Shown in pieces: positions 36,352 to 49,145 of a DNA stretch of 64,000 bases. The notes under the pieces were generated by a model that searched no databases, had not been told where the DNA came from, and saw only the letters and a program-made list of their open reading frames with translations. Each line of letters opens with the position of its first letter. The stretch's first letter is position 1. The stretch spans positions 124,001-188,000 of the forward strand of contig JAXLNO010000050.1 in the NCBI GenBank assembly GCA_038087875.1, read 5' to 3'. Origin of the DNA: Malacoraja senta. Its lineage: Eukaryota. The position numbers and the translations under genes are program-made.

Positions 36352-36546
36352 GTAGGAGGGAACTGCAGATGCTGGTTTAAACCGCAGATAGACACAAAAA
36401 GCTGGAGTAACTCAGCGGGTCATGGAGCATCTCTGGAGAAAAGGAATAGGTGATGTTTCGGGTCTCAACCTGAAACGTCTGCTATTCCTTTTCTCCAGAG
36501 ATGGTGTCTGACCCGCTGAATTACTCCAGCTTTTTGTGTCTATCTT
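36352..36546. mobile_element. Penelope-terminus-derived palindromic element
   Basis: ~60-bp inverted arms (36387-36449 / 36482-36544) homologous to the Penelope terminus at 44355-44480. A similar element lies at ~58946-59127. Confidence 0.7.
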
Positions 36547-36970
36547 GAGGGAGAGGTTGTTAGCTTGACACTACGCTACCAAGCCCTGTGTCTTCATCTT
36601 GGACTCGGCTTTGTCAGTGTTTGCAATAAGTTCATTAGTTGTAGGAGTTGAATTCGGCCCATCAAGTCTACTCCGCCTTTCAATCGTGGCTGATCTATCT
36701 TTCCCTCTCAACCCCCTTCTCCTGCCTTCTCCCCATAATCCCTGACACCTGCACTAATCAAGCACCTATGAATCTCCTCCTTAAAAATATCCATTGACGG
36801 CCTCCACAGCCGTCTGTGGCAATGAATTTCACAGATTCTCTGGCACTCTTGCAACACTAGATATGGCTCAAGCTGACAATAGCTGCACAAAGGTAAGCGT
36901 AAGGACACATAATTTGTTTGTGAAATGCAAAATTAACACCCTATTCACAAAGTTGCCACAAAAATGCTTA

Positions 36971-37711
36971 AGGGCCTGTCCCACTTTGGCGATTTTTCAG
37001 CGGAATGCCAGTGACTGTCAAGTTCGCGGCACTCGCCTGATAAACCTGCAACTGGAACGGCGACTGTCAGAGTGTAACACACACACACACACACAAAAAC
37101 ACATCGCAAAGGCGGGGGCCAGGGAAGGCGGGGGGAGCGCTGTCTGAAATTCACACGGTGCAAAGCCAAGGTGATACAGACACACACCGCGATGAACAGG
37201 AAGGTTAAGACGGCTAGCACAGTGTACGGTAAGTCCTTTAAAAGAGGGGGGAGGGGAGAAGGGGGGAGCAGGAGTGGAGACAACTTTTAAGCAGCCGGAC
37301 AACTTTTAATAAGCCAGAGATACACAGCTGTGAAGTTCAGCGGGCATTTAACATTACCGGTTGGTTATCCTTGGTTCTGAAAACTCGTGCTTACGTTTTT
37401 CCCCCCAATGAGCCAATGAAAATATCCGGTCAGCAAAGGCGATTAACTAAAACTACCTACGACTACATCTACTACCCATAACTACATGGCGACCCAACTC
37501 CAACTGCACCTACGACTACAGGATTATCGAATTTCTCCATGAAAAATTTGCGGCGACCATACTGAGGCCACAACTAGATCCCAGAATGCGGGAACTCCTC
37601 GTGACCATGAAGGAGACTCACCAGAGACCACCAGCGAACATGTGGCGATCATGTGGCAAGTGCAGAGTCTCCTGCACTCGCCTAAAAAGTTGCCTAAGTG
37701 GGACAGGCCTT
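36971..37711. mobile_element. Harbinger-type MITE (741 bp)
   Basis: TIRs AGGGCCTGTCCCACTT / AAGTGGGACAGGCCTT, with TTA TSD at 36968-36970 and 37712-37714. Confidence 0.85.
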
Positions 37712-38899
37712 TTATAACTACATCATAGACTTCAATTCATGGTGGTTGAATTAACAGCAGAGACATGACATGTCGTTCAGATGGAAGAAAATGAGACACA
37801 TCTGACATGGAGAACAAATATCTTGTTATTTCTCGGCAGCAGAGATCTCTGGCTTTGATTAGATTGCCATGTGAATATGCTGAAAGGAGAAACAAGAGCT
37901 TCTATTGACCTAATTAACTAAAATTCTGATATTTATCTCACAAAGGCTTTAAGCAACAACATTATTGTGGGGGGGAAATCCCAAGCCTTGCAGACAGGGG
38001 TCAGATGTCGTGGGACTTTGTACAAACCAAGGACAATGTGGCTAGTTATTGCACAAATGGAACATGCATGATGCAGAAGCATGCATTTGTGGCCTCAAGT
38101 CTAACACCATGAGGCACAGTACGGCCTGCAGGGGGGAAGCTGGGAAGTCGCCAAGCTCGGCCCAGTCGTGGAGGAGGGAGCCGCTGGTGATGACGGACAC
38201 GAGGAGAGGGACCAGGGTATTGCCTCCAGCACTTTCAAGGCCGGTTGCAGGAGGCATCCCCGGGACACAGGCACTCGGGTGAGGAGAGGGACGTTGGTTC
38301 ACGGGCCGAGCCGGTCGAGGGTGATGGAGGAGGTAAGCCTGGGGCTTACCTGGATCAGAAGCCTCTCCAGTACATCGAGCGTGTGCGTGGACTGGACTTT
38401 AGTCTTTTTGTAAACTGTGCCAAAATATGGGGACTCGTGCATGTGTGAGTGATGCAAAAAGAATTAAACATCTTTGAGGAGACATTTTGTTTTCCTGTAT
38501 AGCATTTCAGGAGGGCATTGATATAATCCCCAAGGACAATATCCACTCCCTGATAAACACATCCAATTAAAGTCACACTTGCTCTTTGGCCCAGAAAGAC
38601 AAATACTTTGTGAATTTTCTGCTGATTTCAAATCAGAGTTGAGAACACCCTATGTTTTAAATTCTGATCCATGTCCTTTTTGTCATGGTCTCTTGCTTCT
38701 GGAGACATTTTTTAAATAAACGCCTATAATTTCCTAATTAGGGGAATTAAATAACAGGAGAGTGGAAATTTAGTGCTAAAGTAAATACATTTTCAATGAA
38801 TATAAAAAGAGTTTGGACAACGTTTAAAAAATAGATAATATTGGACTTCACTACGTCAATGGAGAATATTTGCCACGGGTTCTAGAAATAACCAATTTT

Positions 38900-39389
38900 C
38901 TTGACATGGATAGAGAATTGGTTGGCAGGCAGGAAGCCAAGAGTAGGAGTGAACAGGTCCTTTTCAGAATGGCAGGCAGTGGCGAGTGGAGTGCCGCAAG
39001 GCTCGGTGTTGGGGCCGCAAATATTTACCATATATATTAATGATTTGGAAGAGGGAATTAGGAGCAACACTAGCAAGTTTGCGGATGACACAAAGCTGGG
39101 TGGCAGAGAGAACAGTGAAGAGGTTGTTAGGAGGTTGCAGGGTGACCTGGACAGGTTGAGTGAGTGGGCAGATGCGTGACAGATGCAGTTTAATATAGAT
39201 AAATGTGAGGTTATCCACTGGCGGCAAAAACAAGGGGGCAGATTATTATCTCAATGGGGTTAGGTTAGGTAAGGGGGAGGTGCAGCGAAACCTGGGCGTC
39301 CTTGTACACCGGTCACTGATAGTTGCCGTGCAGGTGCAGCAGGCATTGACGAAAGTAATGGAATGTTGACCTTCATAACAAAAGGATTT
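38900..39389 (+). mobile_element. CR1 RT fragment, resuming at 43973-44043 after the DIRS insertion
   Basis: [10 protein letters not shown] and FADD. The junctions rejoin as AAAAGGATTT|CAGTATAGGAGTAAAGAGG (KGFQYRSKE). Confidence 0.92.
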
Positions 39390-42300
39390 TACTTCGGAGT
39401 CACGTGAGTGATTCAGTGAAGAAGGCCGTCAACTCGCATGCGCGTCATTATGTCTGGCGCATTGCGCAACGGCTGACTGGCAGGCGCGCTGCTCCTGCCA
39501 GCGGTAAGTTTAAATCTAAAGGTAAGTTTAAAACTTCATTTCTAGGGTTTGTGTTTTGTGTTGCAGGAAGCTCCTTGCAGAGCTTGCCTGCTGGATTCGG
39601 GGCGAAGTTCGGACGGGCCGCGGGGAAACCTTTAGGACCGTGGGGAACCCCCATCACGGACGGCAGGGAATCCCGGTCACGACCTCGGGGAATCCCGGCC
39701 ACGGACCGTGGGGAACCCGCTACGGATACCGCGGCAATAGTGGACGGCGGTATAAATTCGCCTTTTTTTGAGTCACTGGCAGTAGAGCCAGCGGCTACAG
39801 ACTTGGTGCCGGCAGTGAGCACCTTGGCTACCCCGCGGGGGAGAAAAAGCCACTAAAAAGTCTGTCAGGGCCCTGGACTCAGATGAGTCGGGCTAGGAGG
39901 ACTCTCCTCCTTCTATCGGCAGTGTGTTTGGAAAACTAACCCACCTATTGGAAAGATTTCTCCAAAGAGATATGCTCCAAAAACAACGGGAGCTATCTGA
40001 GCCCGGGTATTATGGAGAACCCGCAGGCAGCGGCACCTGTGTCAGGGCTGCTTGATGTCTCCCTCTCTGAGGAGGGGAATGCAAGAGGCCAGTTTTATAC
40101 CGAGTCAGATGCAGGTATCCTCAGAGGCCTGCGGCAGCACCTGTGTCAGGGCTGCTTACGAATCTCCCTCTCTGTGGAGGGGAGTGCGAGTGGTCAGTAT
40201 GTAACTGACTTCAAATTCAAAGTATGTACGTGGAACATACTGGAGCACATGCATATGGCTCTAAGGAAATACTCGCAAACGAAAGGGTTACTGCCGTGGG
40301 CAGAAAACCCGGGAGGGGCCAGAGTTTCCCCTCACGCTACAAGTGCCGGCAGTGAACAGCGCTATCAGGGGTGACATTGGAGGAAATGAAACCAGTCGCC
40401 GAATCTTCTCTTCAGGTAAGACTTATCCAACAGGTATACCTGGATGAGGAAGCTAAAGCTGTCGGGCTGGTCAAGGTACCAACAACGAACAAAGCGTCAT
40501 CGTATCAGCGACGACACACCCCACGCCTCATCGGCAGTAAGCAGTTCACTGAAGCTGGTGGCAGCTTGAAAGCTGCGCAGAGGCCAAAGTCCAAGCCGGT
40601 CTCAGGAAATGGAATCCACATACACTACCATTCCTACTCTCCAATCAAGGACGGAAATAGAACCCACATCAGGGGCCGTTGGGCTTACCATAGACCAACG
40701 GTAACCATGGAGGTAGGTGGGTCTGGTTCTTTCGAAACATGGAGTAAGTGGACCATTTACAAGTAGGTAATATTTATTATTGTTTTTGTACAAATGAGAA
40801 TGATAGTATGAGATTAGGTTGTTATTGCACAGTACAAGGGTACCAAGCTTGGCTTGGATTTGGGACCAGAGTTGTCTTTCGAGGCAGGCTCAGTGTTATG
40901 GCCAGGGTTGCCTTACAGAACAAGCTCGGAATTATGGCCGGAGTTGTCTTTTGAGGCAGGCTCAGTGTTATGGCCAGGATTGCCTTACGGAACAAGATTG
41001 GAATTATGGCCAGAGTTGTCTTTCAAGGCAGACTCGGTATTACAGCCAGGATTGCCTTCCGAGATAAGCCCGGAAATTGGCCAGAGTTGTCTTTCGAGGC
41101 AGGCTCAGAATTATGGCCGGAGTAGCCTATCAAGGCAGGCCCAGTATTATGGCCAAAGTTGTCTTTCGAGGCAGCCTCATTATTATGGTCAGGATCACCT
41201 TTCGAGACAGGCTCGGGAATCTGGCCAGAGTTGTGATTCAACTCAGGCACGGAATTATGGCAGGCGTGGCCTGTTTCATTGTAAAGGATGGAGGATCTCG
41301 GTTCATAGTTGATTTAACTCGAATTTGCAACATAGATTTTCAGTATATGGTGCTTCGTTACTGTCTAACAAACTGATTTCTTTAAGATCTTTATGGCATG
41401 CATCGATTTCAAAGATGCATACTATGCATTCACAGGGATCCCAGGAGTCATTTGGAATTTATCTGGATGGGGCATGATAACAGTTAATGCGTTGTAAATG
41501 GGCTAATTTCAGCTCCCAGCTCATCTAACAATTTACTAAACCAGTGCTGGGACTGCTCAGAGCTCAAAAACACTTACTATGGCTTAACTGCATGAGATTC
41601 TAAACGCTGTGTTTTTGCTAAAATCAACTGTTTTCAACCGCAACTCATTTGAGAGATTGGGGTTCCTCAACCATCCAGTTAAATTTAAGTTGATACCAAC
41701 TACATCTATTGTTTTTGGTTGTACCTTTAACTATTATTTATCTGTGACTCTGCTCTGGGGCAAGAGATTGGAATCAATAGAAGCCTGTAACAACCTTGTT
41801 ATCAAGCAGTCTTCTATTCATCAAGTGTAATTGGCAATATAACAGCTGTGTTTCAGCTGTGCAATTGGGCCTTTGCATTATCAGAACTTACAAAGTAGTA
41901 ATCTCTCAAGTGCCAGTTAGGTCATTGTTACAGACCTATGCTATTGCTAGCTGAAGCCATCAGGGTCACAATGGTGGATGAACAATATTCAGCATTGCTC
42001 CAGTAGTTTTGGTCAATAAATCTTCAGTTGTTTTCAGACTGATGCTAGTGCTCAAAGATGGGAAATTACGAATGCCATCTCTAGTTATGGAGCGATGGGA
42101 TTTGCAGGAATTACCAATTCTTCAGTTATTGGTATCAACTACCTATAGACACTAGGTGCATACTATGGGTTAAAAGGTTTGTTGTGTGGATATGCATGAT
42201 CTGCATGCTCAATTCCAGGTTGATACACTGTGGTGGTGGCTTATGTTGGTCACATGGGTGCAATCAAGTCAAAGTATCCTGTCATAATTTACCCAACTTT

Positions 42301-43972
42301 ATTTGGCTCTGGTGTATCATCATGTAAATCAATGACAACACAGAATGGATGTTGGATCACTAAGTATTTTATGACATTATGGCTCGATGGAACACCAAAT
42401 ATCGATATGTTTCCATCCAGGCGCATTCACCAGGTTGTAAAGACATGTGGCATCGCAGTGGCAATAGATACATTCTCACTACACAAGGGAGGAATGTTCT
42501 TTTGTGCCGTTGCTCCATTTTGCCTCATCAGGCGGGTCTTTCAATGATTCAGCAAGATCCCGCCTTAGGGGTTTTTCATACTGTCTGACTGGCCTATGTA
42601 GCCATGGTTTCCCGCAAATGTTGGGAATTATAGTAGAACCTTATATGGGGTTTCTAAACATAAAACTTGCTGGTTCAGCCTGGGACTCGGGGAACCAGCC
42701 TCTGTATGATTAATCAATTCATTGCCTTACAGAATCTGAGAAGACGGCTCCTGCGACTTTGGTTGTCAGACCAATCCATGTTTGTGCTCACTGCGGAGTG
42801 CAGGGATAGCACCAAAAAAGCAGTACATTTCCTCTTCAGGAGATGGGAAGCGATCTGTTTAAATGCTATGTTACATATAATACGGCACGGACACTAACGT
42901 TTTAGAGTTCATTTTCTATGGGCCCTTGACAATAAATTAAGTTATAGTCCCATTAACTGTGCTCAACGTGCTTTCTCATCATATTTGCTGCAGCGAGCGG
43001 GACCCAGCTCTGTCGGATCTCATCCTCTGATTCTAGTTTTTTAGGATATCTTTGCACATGTTCTCCCAGACCCAAGTACACGGAGTATGGGATATTGACA
43101 TTGTGTTGACACTGCTTCGCCAGGGGGCTCCAGCTATATCCCTATCTTTGGCTCGGGGCTCATAAGGTATCCCATTGGTGCTGTTGTCAGCGCAACGGGT
43201 CCAGTCATTGTATAAATTGGGACTGGACAGGATGGTTATACCTGCTAATAATATAATATTTCATGTTTACGATTGAGTTAGGCAGGGCAGCCCAGGGGTG
43301 TCAGGTCTCAAGCTAGTTCTCATGACATACTCCATGCACCTTCGGTTATGTGTGGTCACACATTTACAACATTACGTCAGGGTCACCTAGACGCTTAGAG
43401 GCTCTCATACTAGCTATGTTTATTAGTTACTAATAACCTCATAAGAAGGTATCAGTTCAGACCATCTCCAGGTGGTTCAAATGGGGTTTGGCTTATACAG
43501 GAGTAGATACTAATTTTCTAATCTCACTCCACCAGGGCTGCTACTTCATCAGCAGCAAGGGTTGTGTTCGGTCCTCTGGACCACATCCTGCCGACTGCAG
43601 GTTGGTCTAACGATCGAGTTTCCAAACATTTTATTTTTAAACCCATTGCCAGACCATGGGTATTTGCCAATTTTTTTTTTTAGGTTCTATTTCATAGTTT
43701 CCCCGGGATGAGAGGGGTTACTATTATTATTATTTGTTACGTGCGATTACGTGCCCACCGCTCCCACCCTCATATTATAAAGGTAATCTGGTAGTTCTAG
43801 TCTTCTTTCATCATACTATGATACTTCAATTACTGTTATCTGTGATTTCACACTGCTGCTTTGAAGATTGACGCACATGCGAGTTGACGGCTTTCTTCAC
43901 GGCTTATCGTAATTCCTCATAAAATAAAGATCAAACTTCAAACTGGTAAGTTCTCGTTTAATCTTACTATTT
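39387..43972 (+). mobile_element. DIRS-type tyrosine-recombinase retrotransposon, both ends present, decayed
   Basis: Inverted terminal segments (~39417-39448 / 43870-43900) and ATTT at both junctions. RT KDGGSRFIVDL and IDFKDAYY, RNase H QTDAS and VVAYVGHMG, MT-like IDMF, and YR SAQRVQSL, TISRW, SHSTRAA and AGWS. Confidence 0.88.
40859..41271 (+). repeat. 36-bp minisatellite (~11 units) inside the DIRS
   Basis: Units of type TTATGGCCAGAGTTGTCTTTCGAGGCAGGCTCAGTG alternate with TTATGGCCAGG.TTGCCTTAC.GAACAAG.T.GGAA. Confidence 0.9.
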
Positions 43973-44354
43973 CAGTATAGGAGTAAAGAGGTTCTTCTGC
44001 AGTTGTATAGGGCCTCCTGCTGCACATATTTTCTATGTTTCTAGGTAAACAGTTTCTGCATTGATATCCTATGTTATCTTTGATCTTTCTGCAGCCTCTG
44101 AACAAGTCATTGTAATCTCCTCCAGTGCCTTCCCTCCATTATCCAACCTGGTGGAATTGGATCCACATTGGAGGGAGGAGGGAGAGGAGGGTGGGAAACT
44201 GTCTCCGGAGGGAGGAGGCACATTGATCAGGTTGTATTTTCAGTTTCTACAACCAGGGGATTTGTTCTAGGAAACCCCCAGGATTATCCTTGGCTCTGCA
44301 TTTCTCACACATGTTGTTCCTTGGTAACGCAACCTGCAGATTTAGGCTTAAGAT

Positions 44355-45569
44355 GGAACTGCAGATGCTGGAAAATCGAAGGTGCACAAAAATGCTGGGG
44401 AAACTCAGCGGGTGCAGCAGCATCTATGGAGCGAAGGAGATAGGCAACGTTTCTGGCCGAAACCCTTCTTCAGACTGATAGGGGGTGGGGGGAGGCAGGG
44501 AGAAGAAAGGAAAAAGGAGGAGGAAGAGCCCGAGGGCTGAGGTAGGAAGGGGAGGAGACAGCAAGGGTTAACAGAATTGTGAGAATTCAATGTTCATGCC
44601 TCCAGGATGCAGACTCCCCAAGCGGAATATGAGGTGCCGTTCCTCCAATTTCCGGTGTTGCTCACTCTGGCCGTGGAGGAGGCCCAGGACAGAGAGGTCG
44701 GATACGGAATGGGAGGGGGAGTTAAAGTACTGAGTCACCGGGAGGTCAGGTTGGTTAGTGCGGACCGAGCGAAGGTGTTCAGCGAAACGATCGCCAAGCC
44801 TATGCTTGGTCTCACCGATGTCGATCAGCTGACATCTAGTTCACCGATATAGATCAGCTGACATCTAGTTCACCGATATAGATCAGCTGATCTAGAATTC
44901 CTTGACCTCACTATCTCCAGCGCAGGTGATAGACTTCTGACCGACATTCACTATAAACCTACTGACTCCCATGGCTATCTGGACTACACTTCTTCCCACC
45001 CTGCGTCCTGTAAGGACTCCATCCCCTACTCCCAATTCCTCCGTCTACGCCGCATCTGCTCCCAGGATGAGGTGTTCCGCACCAGGGCATCGCAAATGTC
45101 CTCATTCTTCAGGGAATGGGGGTTCCCCTCCCCTATTATAGATGAGGCTTGCACCAGGGTCTCCTCCATACCCCGTAACACTGCTCTCTCTCCCCATCCC
45201 CCCACTCGCACAAGGGCAGAGTCCCCCTGGTCCTCACCTTTCACCCCTCTTGCCGGCACATACAACAAATAGTCCTCCGTCAGTTTCGCCACCTGCAACG
45301 TGACCCCACAACTTGCCACATCTTCCCATCTCCTCCCCTGTCTGCCTTCCGCAAAGACCGCTCTCTCCGCAACTCCCTTGTCCATTCTTCCCTTCCCTCC
45401 CGCTCCACCCCTTCCCCGGGCACTTTCCCTTGCAACCGCAAGTGATGCTACACCTGTCACTTTACCTCCCCCCTCGACTCCATTCAAGGACCCAAGCAGT
45501 CGTTCCAGGTGCGACAGAGGTCACCTGCACCTCCTCCAACCTCATCTATTGCATCCGCTGCTCTAGATG
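44355..45569. mobile_element. Penelope-like element with an inverted 5' part
   Basis: Plus strand 44897-45569 reads FLDLTI, YKPTDSHGYLDYTSSHP, SIPYSQFLRLRRICS and CTSSNLIYCIRC. Minus strand 44840 to 44575 reads IGETKHRLGDRFAEH...GMNIEF (GIY-YIG), then the terminus. Confidence 0.9.
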
Positions 45570-47290
45570 CAGAGGAAGCAGAAAGAGACCATGACAGGAA
45601 GGACAGAGCTCTGATGGAGAGATGTCGTGACAGAAACCTGAAGCTGAACATAGAGAAGTCAAAGCTGAAGGTGAACAAAGTCACTTTCACAGGACATAGA
45701 GTCTCTGCTGCAGGAAATTCCCATGAAATTCCAGAGAGCCATGGGCGAAGGTGGGTGCAAATTTGTTCCACTTGGATGGAAGGAACTATTTGACCACAGT
45801 GGACTACTCTCAGGATATTGGGAAATCTAGAGAAAACACTGGTATTTAATGTCATCCATAAAATCAAAGGCCAGCTCGCAAGATATGGAATATCAGCTCA
45901 TCACAGAGAATAGGCCACAGTTCACAGCTGAGGAGTTCAAGAGATTTGCCAAGAAGTGGTAGTTTGAACATACGACCGCATCACCCCATTATCCACAGAG
46001 TAATGAAAAGGTGGAGAGCAGTGTGAAAGTTGCGAAGTCATTGCTGAGGAAGGCTAAGGCTGCAGGAGCTGACCCTTACCTGAGCCTACTAGCTTTTCAC
46101 AACACACCAACACCTGGCAAGAGTAGCAGTCCAGTACAAAGATTGATGAACAAATGTACCAGGACCATTCCACCAACTACTCAGAGGCTGCTCAAACCTG
46201 AAATTCAGAAAAAGGTAGGAGCTGAGTTGAGAGCAGCTGGAGACAGACAAGCAGACTACTACAACAGAGGATCCCAAGAACTGATTCCCCTGAAAGCTGA
46301 TGATCCAGTTCGAGTGAAGCCGACATCAGCCCTGGAGGAAGGTTGTGGTTGTAGGCCGTGTTGTGCAACCCAGATCGTATGAAGTCAGGACCGAGGACGA
46401 CGTCATCTATCATTGGAATCGGCGCCATCTGAGGAAGACTAAAGAGCCATTTCATCACGCTGATGTTGACCTGGATGACCTTGTGACTTCGCCAAAACCA
46501 GAGCGAGACAATCGACCTATGAGGCGACCACCGCTCCCCAGGGAACATCAAACCCTGGTTGATCGAGATGACCTGGTGCCGATGCCTAAACCAGAGCGAG
46601 ACAATCAACCTATGAGCCGAACACCGGTCCCCAGGGAGCATCAAACCCTGACAACAAGATCTGGTAGATGCGTTCGAAAACCACGCTATCTGCAGGATTA
46701 TGTGCCCAAATAAGGATAGGGTCTGTACTTGTAGTTGATTTTAGATTTAAAAGGCCATTAGGTTATGTTTAAATAGTTAATGTTATTGTGTTCTTTTATA
46801 GTTTGATATGCATAGTTTTATTTAGTAGTTGTAATGGCCATTTTAAAACTAAACAAATTAATAAATTAAAAAGGGGAAAGGAACAAATAAATAGATAAAT
46901 AAAAAGGGGAAAGGAAATGAGAAACCAGACATATGTTATTCAAAGTTTAGATAATTCTGAGCACTGAACTGTCGCAGATCCAAGGAATGAGAATTTCAAA
47001 GCTACCGCGGAAATGGACTGTGAAATGCATGTTGGGATATGGACTGTCGGACACATGTTGGACTCAGTGAAATACGATGCGATGGAAGAATGTAATTTCT
47101 TGCTATACATGTAAAGTCCCTGTACATATGTGTTTTGTAATCAAAGGGGGATGTTATGGGAATAGCACCATCGGTGGTGCAGTACCCATGATGCAATACC
47201 CACGAGGCTGCAGCCAAGATGGATCCTGAATAAAAATGGCTGAACCCAAGACTCGAGTGTAAAGCCTCTGTTAATTAGTTGTGAACCTGT
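45570..47290 (+). mobile_element. Ty3/Gypsy remnant (RT piece, integrase, PPT, partial 3' LTR from 47152)
   Basis: NLKLNIEKSK, TVDYYSG, SPHYPQSNEKVE and SPVQRLM, with a PPT-LTR junction AAAGGGGGA|TGTTATG. Confidence 0.88.
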
Positions 47291-49141
47291 AGCATCGAAC
47301 AAGTGTATGGGGATCGCTGGTCGGCACAGACTCAGTGGGTTGAAGGGCCTGTTTCCACGCTGCATCTCTTAGAAAAAAAATGCAACCCACTATTTTGGCT
47401 TCATACAGATTTTAAACACTTACGTGATTGCCTGACACTTTCTGAATCACAGTTCACATCCTCTTCACCTTAGCTGATCCACAGCTTGAGTTTCCAGCTC
47501 TTCATCCTCCCCATTTCAAAGGATCAATCACCACTCATGTTTGGCCTTCTCCTTATTAACTTTAGTAACCCAAGACCTGTTGAAATTAAAGAAAACACTC
47601 TCATTCTTGTCATAAGATTCCCTCTCCAACTGCTGCAGTTTTAATTACACTCCAAGTCACCTTCCCCATAAAAACATTTCCCTGCATCCAATAGCTACCC
47701 TCAATATCGATAACCTTGGATCAGTTGCTAAGGCTGAGTTATTACTCTGGTTCTTAATTCCTCTATGCTGGGAAATAAGCACTGTGTATTCACCCTATTC
47801 CCCACATTTTCTATACACTTCTATATATCACCCCTCAGACTCCTGCGCTCCAAGGAATAAAATCCGAGCTTACCACTTCGACCCACCAAGTCCATGCCGA
47901 CCAGTACACTATCACTATCCTCCATACACCAGGAGCAATTTTTAGTGAAACCAATTAACTTACAAATCTGCATGTCTTTAGAGTGTGGGTGGAAACTGGA
48001 ACCCATGCAGTCACATGGGGAAGGTACAAACTCCGAACAGACAGCATCCGTAGTCAAGATGGAACCCGGGTCTCTGGAGCTGTGAGGCAGCAACTCTACC
48101 GTTGCGCCACTGTGCCACCCATGCAATGTGTAACACTGTGCATTGTGACATTCTTGCACCATAAAGCCACTGTATAAAAGTCATTCATTGAAGCTGCCTG
48201 GTACACATTTCTCATCTCCAGTTTTTTAAACATTTTTCAGATACTGGGCAAACGGGAAACATTGTTTCAAGAAAAAGATAAGTAAGGAGGAGTTTGATTT
48301 GGAAGCCAGGAAGCTCCTTACTCATGATAATGGTAAGGTCTATAATTGCTTACTTCCTTTACAGGACATTATCTTGCAGTAAATGTTATTTCCTTTATCA
48401 TGTATATCTACACTGGATGACTGGTTTGTAATCATATATTGTCTTTCCGCTGACTGGTTAGCACGCAACAAAAGCTCTTCACTGTACCTCAGTACACGCA
48501 AGACTATTTTCCATGTGGCAGGTGACATCCAAATTTCCCCCCAGTGATGTTTAAAGTATTATTGTACCGTAATACAGTAACTTAAATCAGCTGGAGTAAA
48601 CTTGATGAACAACCCACCAGACTGATGAGGTATCTTCTCTCCATGTTGCATGTGGGGATTCACTGTGAAATGTATTTAGCTAATGTTCAGCTCAACATCC
48701 AAAATGTTTGGATAGTTTAGGTGAACAATGTCGATCATGAGGCTAGATGTAGCAAGGACAGTCTCACTGCAGCCAAATCCCTAAATGATTTGAGACAATA
48801 GATTCAGTAACAACTTTTTTAATTGAATTAGATTTGTACATGAAAATCAAATAATTTTGAGACAGCAGGGAAAAGTGACGAGGTTGCTCATCTTTTTTTT
48901 CCATTGACAACCGTTTTGGTCTTGGATTACCACAGACATGGTTCTAAACTGTGGTGGATTAAGCATGAAATTATTAAAGGAACAACTCATTTTTGTTTTG
49001 CAGTGCATTCTCCTAATGACTTCTTGCTTGCGATCTTCACGAGATGTCAGATTATGGTTTCAGCTCCAGGTAAATGAGATTTTAATACTTTCTACAAAAA
49101 TACCCAATACTTATCTGTTTTAGTGCTTCTCCTAACTCATG
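46548..49141 (+). repeat. Direct segmental duplication, copy 1 (copy 2 at 59585-63431)
   Basis: Colinear high similarity. ORFs 48938 and 63228 are nearly identical, as are 47002 and 60059. Confidence 0.95.
47878..48120 (-). mobile_element. tRNA-derived V-SINE (HE1-like); duplicate at ~61148-61386
   Basis: Head GGGTGGCACAGTGGCGCAACGGTAGAG...CCCGGGTTCCATC carries A/B boxes and is followed by the V-domain. Confidence 0.8.
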
Positions 49142-49145
49142 CTGT

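Noticed and set aside
48622..48672. CTGATGAG...GAAA in the duplicated segment
   Set aside because: No convincing stem II, stem I or cleavage triplet arrangement.
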